Part shown: piece after piece, positions 21,042 to 29,133 of the stretch
Position numbering within the stretch: position 1 is the first letter of the stretch
Layout of the letters: each line of letters opens with the position of its first letter
Virus record (IMG/VR): IMGVR_UViG_3300021979_000001
Span: 258,948-322,947 of that record
Direction: 5' to 3' (one strand)
Length of the DNA stretch: 64,000 bases
Origin: a virus
Taxonomy: Duplodnaviria > Heunggongvirae > Uroviricota > Caudoviricetes
Program-made: the position numbers and the translations under genes
Notes under the pieces: generated by a model
Told to the model about the DNA's origin: nothing
Databases searched by the model: none
The model's input: the letters and a program-made list of their open reading frames with translations, nothing else

Positions 21042-22375
21042 CAGATTATCGAAAATTCAAAAAGGAAGTCATGGACCCGGTATCCGATACCTTTTGTGCG
21101 GCCAAGTGGTTGAACTCAACCATTTGGCTGAATCAGGGATCAACTGCGTCATGCCACCATCCTGCTATGCATAATATCGCGGTGGATGCGCTTACGAATA
21201 ATCCGGCAGCACTGCATAACACCGATACCAAGAAAGCCGCCAGGGCAGAAATGATGGCCGGGAAACGCCCATCAGAATGTGACTATTGTTGGCGGGTTGA
21301 GGATACGGATACCACCGCAATATCTGATCGGACATTCAAAACATTTCAATTTTCAAAATTCGATATAGATGCAGTGGTTCAATCACCGGATCAAAATCAT
21401 AATCCCAAAAGTCTTGAAATCGCGTTTGATCGGGTATGTAATTTTGCATGTTCATATTGTAGTGCAACATTTTCTACCACGTGGGCACGCGATATTAAAC
21501 AAAATGGCCCCTATAAAAATCATACAACCGATGATCGCAAGCATTATCAAACAGACGCACCATGGGCGCAACCATATCTACACGATGATGACAATCCTTA
21601 CATCACTGCATTTTGGAAGTGGTGGCCCGATCTAGCAAATGATTTGGATGAAATTCGAATCACTGGTGGCGAACCGTTAATGTCAACTAGTGTTTGGAAA
21701 ATGTTTGACTGGTTTGAAACACATCCCGATACATCTATGCGACTGTCCATTAATACAAACCTTGGTGCCAAAGATAGTATTATCAAACAGTTAATCGATA
21801 AATCCAAAAACATATCGAATTTGAGTATTTACACATCGTGTGAAGCATATGGTAAACAGGCGGAATATATTCGAGATGGCCTTGATTATTCAGCATGGCT
21901 CAATAATATGAATTTGATTGGGGAAACATCCAATATTTCATTAAATGTCATGATGACGATTAATGCGTTGTGCTTATTTTCAATCACAGATTTTCTGGAT
22001 GATTTGTGTATCCTGAAATCTAAATTTGGAAAAAGCCGTGTGCTGTTTTCGGTGAATATCATGCGATACCCACAATTTCAATCGATAGACGTTCTTCCTG
22101 ATGATTTTAAACAATTGAAATCAACCGAAATTCAGGCATGGTTAGATAATAATTCACAACATTTGGTTGATTTTGAACGTTCACATGTCGAACGACTGAT
22201 TAAACAACTACAAATTGTGAATAAATATGATAGAACTGATTTAATACATGATTTTAAATCATTTTTTTCAGAATATGATATTCGCCGTGGGAAATCATTA
22301 GAAACTGTTTTCCCATTAATTGGGACTGTTATTAATGACAACGACAACAAAAACAATATCGGATTTATGGAATAA
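21038..22375 (+). CDS. radical SAM enzyme with N-terminal Twitch-like cluster (rSAM-3), close paralog of rSAM-2
   Basis: CNFACSYC, TGGEPL; FCAAKW...SCHHP...ECDYCW; shares FSTTWxRDIKxNGPY with rSAM-2. Confidence 0.9.
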   Translation: MTDYRKFKKEVMDPVSDTFCAAKWLNSTIWLNQGSTASCHHPAMHNIAVDALTNNPAALHNTDTKKAARAEMMAGKRPSECDYCWRVEDTDTTAISDRTFKTFQFSKFDIDAVVQSPDQNHNPKSLEIAFDRVCNFACSYCSATFSTTWARDIKQNGPYKNHTTDDRKHYQTDAPWAQPYLHDDDNPYITAFWKWWPDLANDLDEIRITGGEPLMSTSVWKMFDWFETHPDTSMRLSINTNLGAKDSIIKQLIDKSKNISNLSIYTSCEAYGKQAEYIRDGLDYSAWLNNMNLIGETSNISLNVMMTINALCLFSITDFLDDLCILKSKFGKSRVLFSVNIMRYPQFQSIDVLPDDFKQLKSTEIQAWLDNNSQHLVDFERSHVERLIKQLQIVNKYDRTDLIHDFKSFFSEYDIRRGKSLETVFPLIGTVINDNDNKNNIGFME

Positions 22376-23186
22376 TTTAGTTGATGCTAATTATGCCAAC
22401 AAGATAACCAGATGGTGCCCTAGTGATGATGAAAATAGGTTCATAGCAGAAGGAAACTATTATACCGAAAATAGTTTTGATTACCGGTATAATAGTCATG
22501 GTTTTCGCTGCGACACGTTTGATAATCATCCATATGATGCCCGTATTATTTTTATTGGATGCTCAATCACGTTTGGGTGTGGTGTCCCTGTAACTGACAG
22601 TTTCGGGTATCAAGTTATCAACAAATTTCGATCTGATGATAACTTACATATTCCATATTGGAACCTGGCGCATTGTAGTAAAAGCATTGATTATATCGCC
22701 AGAACATTGACAAAATTTGTTCCAGTAATAAAACCCGATCTGGTGATTATTATTTCCCCTCCGGCACATCGTCGTGAAGTATTTGTCCCAGATAAAGATG
22801 AACCAGATAAAAATTATTTGCATGATTACATAAATGTAGATTATCTACCAAATCCGCAATTCGGCAAACATATTATTGAAGTTCATAACGCAGATAATGA
22901 TCAAATGAATTACGTGCGAAACATGGAATTAATTCACAATGTCATGATGGCACATAATAGTGATTATTTGTGGGATAGTTGGGACATGTATCAAGAATAT
23001 CATGGTCTGTCACCATCAATCATGAATCAACGCATTAACAGTAAATTTGATTTTAGATTAGAGCCTCGCGCCCGCGATGGGTTACATCCTGGAATTAATG
23101 TCCATACCCAATATGCAAAGAACTTATACAACGAAATAAAACCAAAAATATTGCATATAGCACGTAAGAAACAACACACTAAATAA
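22335..23186 (+). CDS. SGNH/GDSL-fold hydrolase or acyltransferase-like protein
   Basis: YRYNSHGFRC, IFIGCSITFG (block I), WNLA (block II), RDGLHPG (DxxH); ATG at 22335. Confidence 0.7.
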   Translation: MTTTTKTISDLWNNLVDANYANKITRWCPSDDENRFIAEGNYYTENSFDYRYNSHGFRCDTFDNHPYDARIIFIGCSITFGCGVPVTDSFGYQVINKFRSDDNLHIPYWNLAHCSKSIDYIARTLTKFVPVIKPDLVIIISPPAHRREVFVPDKDEPDKNYLHDYINVDYLPNPQFGKHIIEVHNADNDQMNYVRNMELIHNVMMAHNSDYLWDSWDMYQEYHGLSPSIMNQRINSKFDFRLEPRARDGLHPGINVHTQYAKNLYNEIKPKILHIARKKQHTK

Positions 23187-23215
23187 GAGAATAACTGAAT
23201 AGAGTAAATTGTCCC

Positions 23216-23317
23216 ATGCTACGGTTTTTATTATTTCCATATCATTATTTTGCATCAATAATCAAACGTCATAATCGTATTCGTCAACTCAAAAAACGTG
23301 ACCCGTTTATTTACTAA
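23216..23317 (+). CDS. 33-aa peptide MLRFLLFPYHYFASIIKRHNRIRQLKKRDPFIY (not in the ORF track)
   Basis: ATG at 23216; TAA at 23315-23317 overlaps the carbamoyltransferase ATG (TAATG coupling). Confidence 0.75.
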   Translation: MLRFLLFPYHYFASIIKRHNRIRQLKKRDPFIY

Positions 23318-24777
23318 TGCTTTATTTAGGAATCACATCATTAGGGCATGATGCATCTGTTGCCGTAGTTGAAGATAATGAAATTATCTTTGCCGGACAT
23401 GCTGAACGCTATTCTCGGATTAAAAATGATGGCAATATCAATCAAGCATTACTGGATGATGCGTTATCAGGTAGATCGCCAGATAAAATCATATGGTATG
23501 AACAGCCATTTATAAAAAAATCACGTCAATTTTTTTGTGGTCAATGGGATGGATTAGCGGTTCAACGGGTTAAAAAACATTTATCATTATTTGGGTTAGA
23601 CCAAATACCGGTTGAATACGCGGGGCACCATGAAAGTCATGCCGCTGGTGGATTTTATACCAGTTCATTTGATGATGCCACCATCGCGGTAATTGATGCT
23701 ATTGGCGAATGGACAACAATTAGTATTTGGCAAGCGGATTATACCGGAATGTTCCTCAAATGGTCGCAACGGTATCCGCATAGCATCGGATTGCTTTACA
23801 GTGCAATGACGCAACGCTGTGGTTTTAAACCAAACGAAGAAGAATATATAATGATGGGCATGGCCGCATTTGGGGATGATCGTTATACCGATTTGATAAA
23901 ACGCGATTTCATTAAAGATATGTCCGGGCCTGCATTTTCATTAAAAGAGAATGTCCATAGAGGCATAAAATGGTGGAAACCTGAAATAACAAATGTCGAA
24001 CACCTGGCCGCAAGTATGCAATCTATTACCGAAGAATATTTGTGCAATCTGACCAAATGGATTGCAACTAATCTTCCATCAAAAAACTTGATATTGTCGG
24101 GCGGAGTTGCCTTAAACTGTGTTGCCAATAGTCAGATTGCAAAGCAGGGAACGCATGATGAAATTTGGATCATGCCCAATCCAGGCGATGCGGGGTCGTC
24201 GTTAGGGGCGATTGCTGCATCAACATACCAAAAACTCAATTGGAAATCTCCATATTTGGGACATGATATTAACCGTGATCCTGATATTGACGGGGCAGTG
24301 CAGGCATTGGTTTCTGGGGAAGTCATTGGGTTTGCCAACGGTCGAGCCGAATATGGCCCGCGTGCATTAGGAAACAGATCATTATTAGCTGATCCACGGG
24401 GCGATAAATGCAAAGATCGAGTAAATCGGTTAAAAAAGAGAGAAATGTTTCGTCCGTTTGCCCCAGTCATAATTGAATCAATGGCAAATATTTATTTTGA
24501 CATGCCGGTTAAATCAAGCCCATATATGCAATTTGTTGCGAAAGTAAAGCGTCCTGATTTATATCCTGCTATTACACATAAGGATGGGACCGCTAGGGTG
24601 CAAACGATCCGTGCTGATCAAAATCCAATCTTTTATAAATTGTTAGAACAATTTTATAATGAAACCGGATGTCCTATGCTTCTTAATACCAGCTTGAATA
24701 TCAAAGGACAACCTTTAGTGAATACCTGGGAAGATGCATTATCATTCCAGAACCATTACTCGGTGCCGGTTTTCTGA
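23317..24777 (+). CDS. O-carbamoyltransferase (NodU/CmcH/TobZ family)
   Basis: HDASVA, ERYSRIKND, HHESHAA, DAIGE, SGGVALNCVAN, GDAGSSLGA, EYGPRALGNRSLLADP, KKREMFRPFAP, DGTARVQT, LNTSLN. Confidence 0.95.
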   Translation: MLYLGITSLGHDASVAVVEDNEIIFAGHAERYSRIKNDGNINQALLDDALSGRSPDKIIWYEQPFIKKSRQFFCGQWDGLAVQRVKKHLSLFGLDQIPVEYAGHHESHAAGGFYTSSFDDATIAVIDAIGEWTTISIWQADYTGMFLKWSQRYPHSIGLLYSAMTQRCGFKPNEEEYIMMGMAAFGDDRYTDLIKRDFIKDMSGPAFSLKENVHRGIKWWKPEITNVEHLAASMQSITEEYLCNLTKWIATNLPSKNLILSGGVALNCVANSQIAKQGTHDEIWIMPNPGDAGSSLGAIAASTYQKLNWKSPYLGHDINRDPDIDGAVQALVSGEVIGFANGRAEYGPRALGNRSLLADPRGDKCKDRVNRLKKREMFRPFAPVIIESMANIYFDMPVKSSPYMQFVAKVKRPDLYPAITHKDGTARVQTIRADQNPIFYKLLEQFYNETGCPMLLNTSLNIKGQPLVNTWEDALSFQNHYSVPVF

Positions 24778-25250
24778 TTAAGAATTTTTATAAATTCTTG
24801 CACCCATTGGTTAACACGCGGACGACATGATTTCATGCTTTCACGATGATCACGATTATTAAAAAAGATTTCATCATGTTCATGTGGTGGACCATGCCAC
24901 TCCGACCAGCCATATTTGTTTTCTTTATACCCAATAAAACCATCAGCGTCATATTCGTTTTGAAATCTAACAACATCATTTGCGTCAATATTCAAATCAA
25001 TGATCTGTCCATTTAAGATAACGTATTGATGTTTTTCATTTCCAGCCAGTTTCCCACCAAATACTTTTTGTGCGAACATAGAAGTGAACTTACACGAACC
25101 ACTTAGGTCATCTGGGGCAAAATCACCACGTTCTTTGCTGCGTTCTTTCCATTTTTCAAACACGAAGTCCTTAGCCAATCGCAAATTATCAGGGGTTGCC
25201 GATATAGGTAAGGTAACGTTATGTTGTTCGAATAAATCTTGATACCGCAT
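24756..25250 (-). CDS. putative papain/transglutaminase-like protein with capsid-targeting-like N-terminus
   Basis: Starts MRYQDLFE; spaced Cys-His-Asp (GSCKF...HQYV...IIDL). Confidence 0.5.
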   Translation of the reverse strand: MRYQDLFEQHNVTLPISATPDNLRLAKDFVFEKWKERSKERGDFAPDDLSGSCKFTSMFAQKVFGGKLAGNEKHQYVILNGQIIDLNIDANDVVRFQNEYDADGFIGYKENKYGWSEWHGPPHEHDEIFFNNRDHRESMKSCRPRVNQWVQEFIKILNQKTGTE

Positions 25251-25254
25251 ATTC

Positions 25255-26283
25255 TTAACTGGGCCTTACCATAATTTCTATTATTCCGAAATCATCATCG
25301 GTTTTATTTTCCAATGATTTTCCGATAACGGACCCTGGCACTAAGTCATATCCCGCTGCCGAAACACCAACGCCATATGCCGGGGCAGTCACAATCGGAT
25401 CACCTTTTTTAACCGGTCCAACAACCAGACACGGAACCCGACCTACGAGCGCAACATATGGGTGCGTAATGTCATTCCCCGCATTTTTATTCATTTCCAA
25501 TGCTGGATTTGTTGAAATAACCCCAGCAACACATGGGTCCATGAAGTTTTCAGTTACGGTAATTTCTTTATTGCCGCCAATGACAACAACTGTTCCTGGC
25601 AAATATTCACTATCCGATTCGTATCGTTCCGCAACGTCGGCATATAACGCTTGAATTGCGGTCCCAGAAAAAGTTGTTGCATACATAGTCGCAAACGTCG
25701 CACTAGATGATCCAATGTTGATTGTGTTTGCTGCATTGGGCACAATATCACCGCTGATCGTATCGCCGGATTTGCTTACTTTGCCACCAATCTGATTTGA
25801 AACAGTGGTAGCAAAATTTGGATCATCACCAAGAGCCTGTGCCAATTCGTTTAAGGTATCAAGGGTTTCCGGTGCAGAATCAACCATTGCACTGATTGAA
25901 TCATCGACATATGTTTTTGTCGCAAATGATGTATTAATCGTCGTTGATATTGCAACATTTGATGAACCATCAAATGAAACTGATCCGGTTACATCCCCGG
26001 TTAGTGAAATCGCACGACTGTTTGATAATGTTAGGGCACTATCAGCTTCAAGCCCGGAACCATCCCCGTCAACAGTTTTTAATTTTGTAAGAATTTCATT
26101 TGCAGTGAGGGTAGAACTGGTTAATGCACCAATTTGTGCCGCAGTTACACTGTGCGGGTTGGATAGATCACTGATATGATCATACGTATCATTAAAGTTA
26201 TTGTTAACTTTGCCAATTACTGACCGAAGGGTATCACCATCTGTTGTCCCCGGCGTCCCTGCATTAATAACTTGTTTAGTCAT
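25255..26283 (-). CDS. tail fibre protein with C-terminal YADxAE domain
   Basis: INAGTPGTTDGDTLR N-terminus, APETLDTLNELAQALGDDPNFATT fibre motif; C-terminal domain paralogous to 11283-12329. Confidence 0.8.
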   Translation of the reverse strand: MTKQVINAGTPGTTDGDTLRSVIGKVNNNFNDTYDHISDLSNPHSVTAAQIGALTSSTLTANEILTKLKTVDGDGSGLEADSALTLSNSRAISLTGDVTGSVSFDGSSNVAISTTINTSFATKTYVDDSISAMVDSAPETLDTLNELAQALGDDPNFATTVSNQIGGKVSKSGDTISGDIVPNAANTINIGSSSATFATMYATTFSGTAIQALYADVAERYESDSEYLPGTVVVIGGNKEITVTENFMDPCVAGVISTNPALEMNKNAGNDITHPYVALVGRVPCLVVGPVKKGDPIVTAPAYGVGVSAAGYDLVPGSVIGKSLENKTDDDFGIIEIMVRPS

Positions 26284-26316
26284 AATATTAATATCACCTG
26301 ATAAAACCTGTGATAT

Positions 26317-26324
26317 TATTTATC
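26317..26324 (-). promoter_or_regulatory. late-type promoter GATAAATA
   Basis: T4-late-like core 34 nt upstream of the tail-fibre start codon. Confidence 0.6.
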
Positions 26325-26332
26325 ATGGGTAG

Positions 26333-26354
26333 TTCACGGGGTTTCCCCCGTGAA
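26333..26354 (-). terminator. GC hairpin, probable terminator
   Basis: TTCACGGGG...CCCCGTGAA right after the 2H gene stop; weak U-tract. Confidence 0.55.
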
Positions 26355-26355
26355 T

Positions 26356-26718
26356 CTATTTGAAAATCATTGGAGTCATCGTAACATTGACCCGTGGGAT
26401 TGCTTCCCAGCCATGATCCGAAATAAGTTTATTGGAATCGACGGGCTTGAACCCGGCTGACCGATCCAAAGACCAGGTAATATGATATATTTTGCCATCA
26501 TCCCGTAGCCTTGTCCCGTCAACGCTTACAATCAGTGCTTCAATACCGGCATCATCACATGCATACCCACTTACATATGTATTTGCCATTGGTGGCAAAA
26601 CTGAATTTGCACCAAACTGATATGTTACATGATGTGCAACCACGTCGGGGAACTTTGGTGGAAACATCGCAAGTAATTTCTGTTTTTCCAATTCTGGTAA
26701 CAAATATCCAGTATACAT
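26356..26718 (-). CDS. 2H phosphoesterase superfamily protein
   Basis: Two HxT motifs, AHHVTYQF and IYHITWS. Confidence 0.65.
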   Translation of the reverse strand: MYTGYLLPELEKQKLLAMFPPKFPDVVAHHVTYQFGANSVLPPMANTYVSGYACDDAGIEALIVSVDGTRLRDDGKIYHITWSLDRSAGFKPVDSNKLISDHGWEAIPRVNVTMTPMIFK

Positions 26719-26729
26719 TTAGCCCATCC

Positions 26730-27203
26730 TCATGTTGTTGGTATTTTTCCATCCAATACATAAACCACCGGACGGAAATTGATTGCGGTTTCTTCAATAA
26801 TTCCCGAAATAATTTTCCATGATCCGTTTGCCAATCCGGCACCAATCAACGGAAACGCCACCCGATCATAACTTTCATATAATCGAGCATGTTCGTTAAT
26901 TTTATATAAACATTGCCGAATACCGGTGTAATTAGCATATACAACAGTTGGATCACGGCCATAATTTTTCTGTGTAACCGCATTAATAATCGTGGGTCCA
27001 CCCATCGGGTGAACCATAGTAATCGTTCCAACTTTTAATTCCCCAAGATCATACGCGGCTCGATAAACATCATATGCAATCGGCCACCTTTCACGAATCA
27101 ATTTCGCAATTCCACTTTTCATCACCCCGTGTGAATTACATCCGTGACAAATAACGTTTTCAGACGATGATAATAAATCGCCCTTGAAATATTGAATTTC
27201 CAT
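26730..27203 (-). CDS. macrodomain protein (Poa1/T4 Tk.4-like, ADP-ribose processing)
   Basis: KGDLL, ICHGCNSHGVMKSGIAK, INAVTQ, FPLIGAGLANGSW. Confidence 0.9.
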   Translation of the reverse strand: MEIQYFKGDLLSSSENVICHGCNSHGVMKSGIAKLIRERWPIAYDVYRAAYDLGELKVGTITMVHPMGGPTIINAVTQKNYGRDPTVVYANYTGIRQCLYKINEHARLYESYDRVAFPLIGAGLANGSWKIISGIIEETAINFRPVVYVLDGKIPTT

Positions 27204-27276
27204 AATATCCTATCGTTTGTAAATGTTTAAATATTATTGATATTGTGTTGTTGCTGCCATTAAGGGATACATTGAT

Positions 27277-27555
27277 CTAATGTAGGACCGCATACATTGC
27301 TCCTATTACCAGACCCGCCGAAATAAACAGAATTGCCACAATACCCCTCGCCACGTTCCGATACCGATTAATATCACCCATAATCTTGATCGGGATTAAT
27401 GATATAACCAGCATTGAAACAATAAACAGGATTGACACAATACCCACCATCATGTCCCGATACTGGTCAATATCATCCATAATCTTGATCGGGATTAATG
27501 ACAAAATCAGTATTGAAATAATGGATAGAATTGTCAGCAAATACACTACCATCAT
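27277..27555 (-). CDS. small membrane protein with 33-aa tandem duplication
   Basis: Hydrophobic; SLIPIKIM.DI..YR repeated; identical 24-mer at 27379 and 27478. Confidence 0.6.
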   Translation of the reverse strand: MMVVYLLTILSIISILILSLIPIKIMDDIDQYRDMMVGIVSILFIVSMLVISLIPIKIMGDINRYRNVARGIVAILFISAGLVIGAMYAVLH

Positions 27556-27653
27556 CCAATCCCCTAATCACCCTGAAACAACAACATCAATCAATGAAAC
27601 ACTAAAATCATATTAATAAAGTTTACAATAATTAGTTTCATTCATATCGTGGT

Positions 27654-27821
27654 TTAGATGTCATCTTTGTTATATTGTTGTAACCGATCCATCAGATTGG
27701 ATGCTTTGGTCATATATTCTTCCCAAAAGAATTCAACATATTTTTCGCCTTTTTCAAGCGCCACAAGTTCTTTTGCCAATTCTTCAATTGATATTGAAAT
27801 GATTAATTTATTGCAGACCAT
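27654..27821 (-). CDS. hypothetical 55-aa protein
   Basis: MVCNKLIISISIEELAKELVALEKGEKYVEFFWEEYMTKASNLMDRLQQYNKDDI read from the sequence. Confidence 0.5.
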   Translation of the reverse strand: MVCNKLIISISIEELAKELVALEKGEKYVEFFWEEYMTKASNLMDRLQQYNKDDI

Positions 27822-28027
27822 AAAACCAATGCCTTAAAATTTTTGAATAACATACTAAAATTATATGAAAAAATCAATTTAAAAAAAGAAAACTTTTTTT
27901 GCAAAACAGAAAAAAACTATTGCAATCAAATCAAGTATCGTGCATAAATAAACGTGTTGGAGCAATCACGCACAACATGATACTCCCGGATGTCGAGGGT
28001 ATCATCTATTATCGATGGAGGTCATCG

Positions 28028-29086
28028 ATGTCAAACTACGACTACCTTGTTTTTATTGGGCGGTTCCGCCCGTTTACGTTGGCGCACCTCGAAGTTATCA
28101 GGGCCGCGCTCAAAGAAGCCGACAATCTGATCATGATTGTGGGTTCATCATTCTCACCCCGGACCACTCGGAACCCGTTTACTTTTAACGAAGTCAATGA
28201 TATGATTTCGTTGAGTTTAAACCCCGATGAACGGCGTCGGGTTCATATCACCCCCTTGGCCGATTTTATGTATGCCGATCATCTTTGGGTCGAACAAACC
28301 CAGAAAATTGTTGGCATGTATGCTGGGGAAAACAGCAAAGTTGGTCTGATCGGCCATCAAAAAGACTATTCGTCTTATTATCTGAAAATCTTCCCGATGT
28401 GGAGCAACGTCAACGTTGCAAACTATCGTGGGATTAATGCGACTGCCGCCCGTAACGGCTATTTCTCCAATATTTCTAAAGAATGGTTGCATGCTGCCGA
28501 AGACATGTTACCAACCGCTGTGATCGAATATCTCTCGAAATGGCGCGATGGTGAAGCATTTGCCGACATGATGGAAGAATACGATTTCATTCGGCAATAT
28601 CACATCGAATGGGGAAAAGGCCCGCATATGACTGCGGATGCCATTGCCATTCAGGCAAATCACATCTTGATGGTTAAACGCGGCAATCGGCCAGGAAAAG
28701 GGCTTTGGGCCTTCCCTGGTGGGTTTTTGGACATTGATAAATCTGAAACCCTTGCCGAAGCCGCCATTCGGGAATTGAAAGAAGAAACAAACATCAATAT
28801 TCCCAACGGCGCATTACATGGCTCTATGAAGTTGAGCCGGGTGTTTGACTCGCCAGACCGCGACCCACGTGGCCGGATTATCACGTCTGCCCATTTGATT
28901 GACCTTGACCACGAAGTTACCCGGTCATTGAATAAAACCGGCACTGCTGGTTTGACAGAAATTAAACCGGGCAGCGATGCCGCCCATGCCGAATGGGTTC
29001 CATTGTCGAGCCTTTCATCGGAAACCATGTTTGCTGATCATTGGCACATCCTGCGCGCCATGATGAATGCATACAAAGCAAATTAA
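28028..29086 (+). CDS. nadM: bifunctional NMN adenylyltransferase / ADP-ribose pyrophosphatase (NadM-Nudix)
   Basis: FIGRFRPFTLAH (HxGH-like), RNPFT, INATAAR; Nudix box GGF.D..ETL.EAAIRELKEET; RDPRGR; GGAGGT SD before ATG 28028. Confidence 0.9.
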   Translation: MSNYDYLVFIGRFRPFTLAHLEVIRAALKEADNLIMIVGSSFSPRTTRNPFTFNEVNDMISLSLNPDERRRVHITPLADFMYADHLWVEQTQKIVGMYAGENSKVGLIGHQKDYSSYYLKIFPMWSNVNVANYRGINATAARNGYFSNISKEWLHAAEDMLPTAVIEYLSKWRDGEAFADMMEEYDFIRQYHIEWGKGPHMTADAIAIQANHILMVKRGNRPGKGLWAFPGGFLDIDKSETLAEAAIRELKEETNINIPNGALHGSMKLSRVFDSPDRDPRGRIITSAHLIDLDHEVTRSLNKTGTAGLTEIKPGSDAAHAEWVPLSSLSSETMFADHWHILRAMMNAYKAN

Positions 29087-29133
29087 CCTGTGTGGACGGG
29101 AAGTCCGCCACACGTAACAAATGGAGAAGTTCC

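Noticed and set aside
13701-24777. Definitive call as a DNA hypermodification locus
   Set aside because: No recognisable hydroxymethylase, thymidylate-synthase-like or TET/JBP gene is present in the window, so this is kept only as an alternative hypothesis.
27320-27520. Direct repeats as a possible CRISPR or mini-array
   Set aside because: There are only two units, in frame within a membrane protein, with no unique spacers. No cas genes were seen.
27899-28027. Long N-terminal extensions of nadM (and of nadV at 29041-29133, GNAT at 30543, MscS-like at 44607) in the ORF track
   Set aside because: They run through promoters, hairpins or terminators. SD sequences or motif boundaries point to the downstream ATGs.
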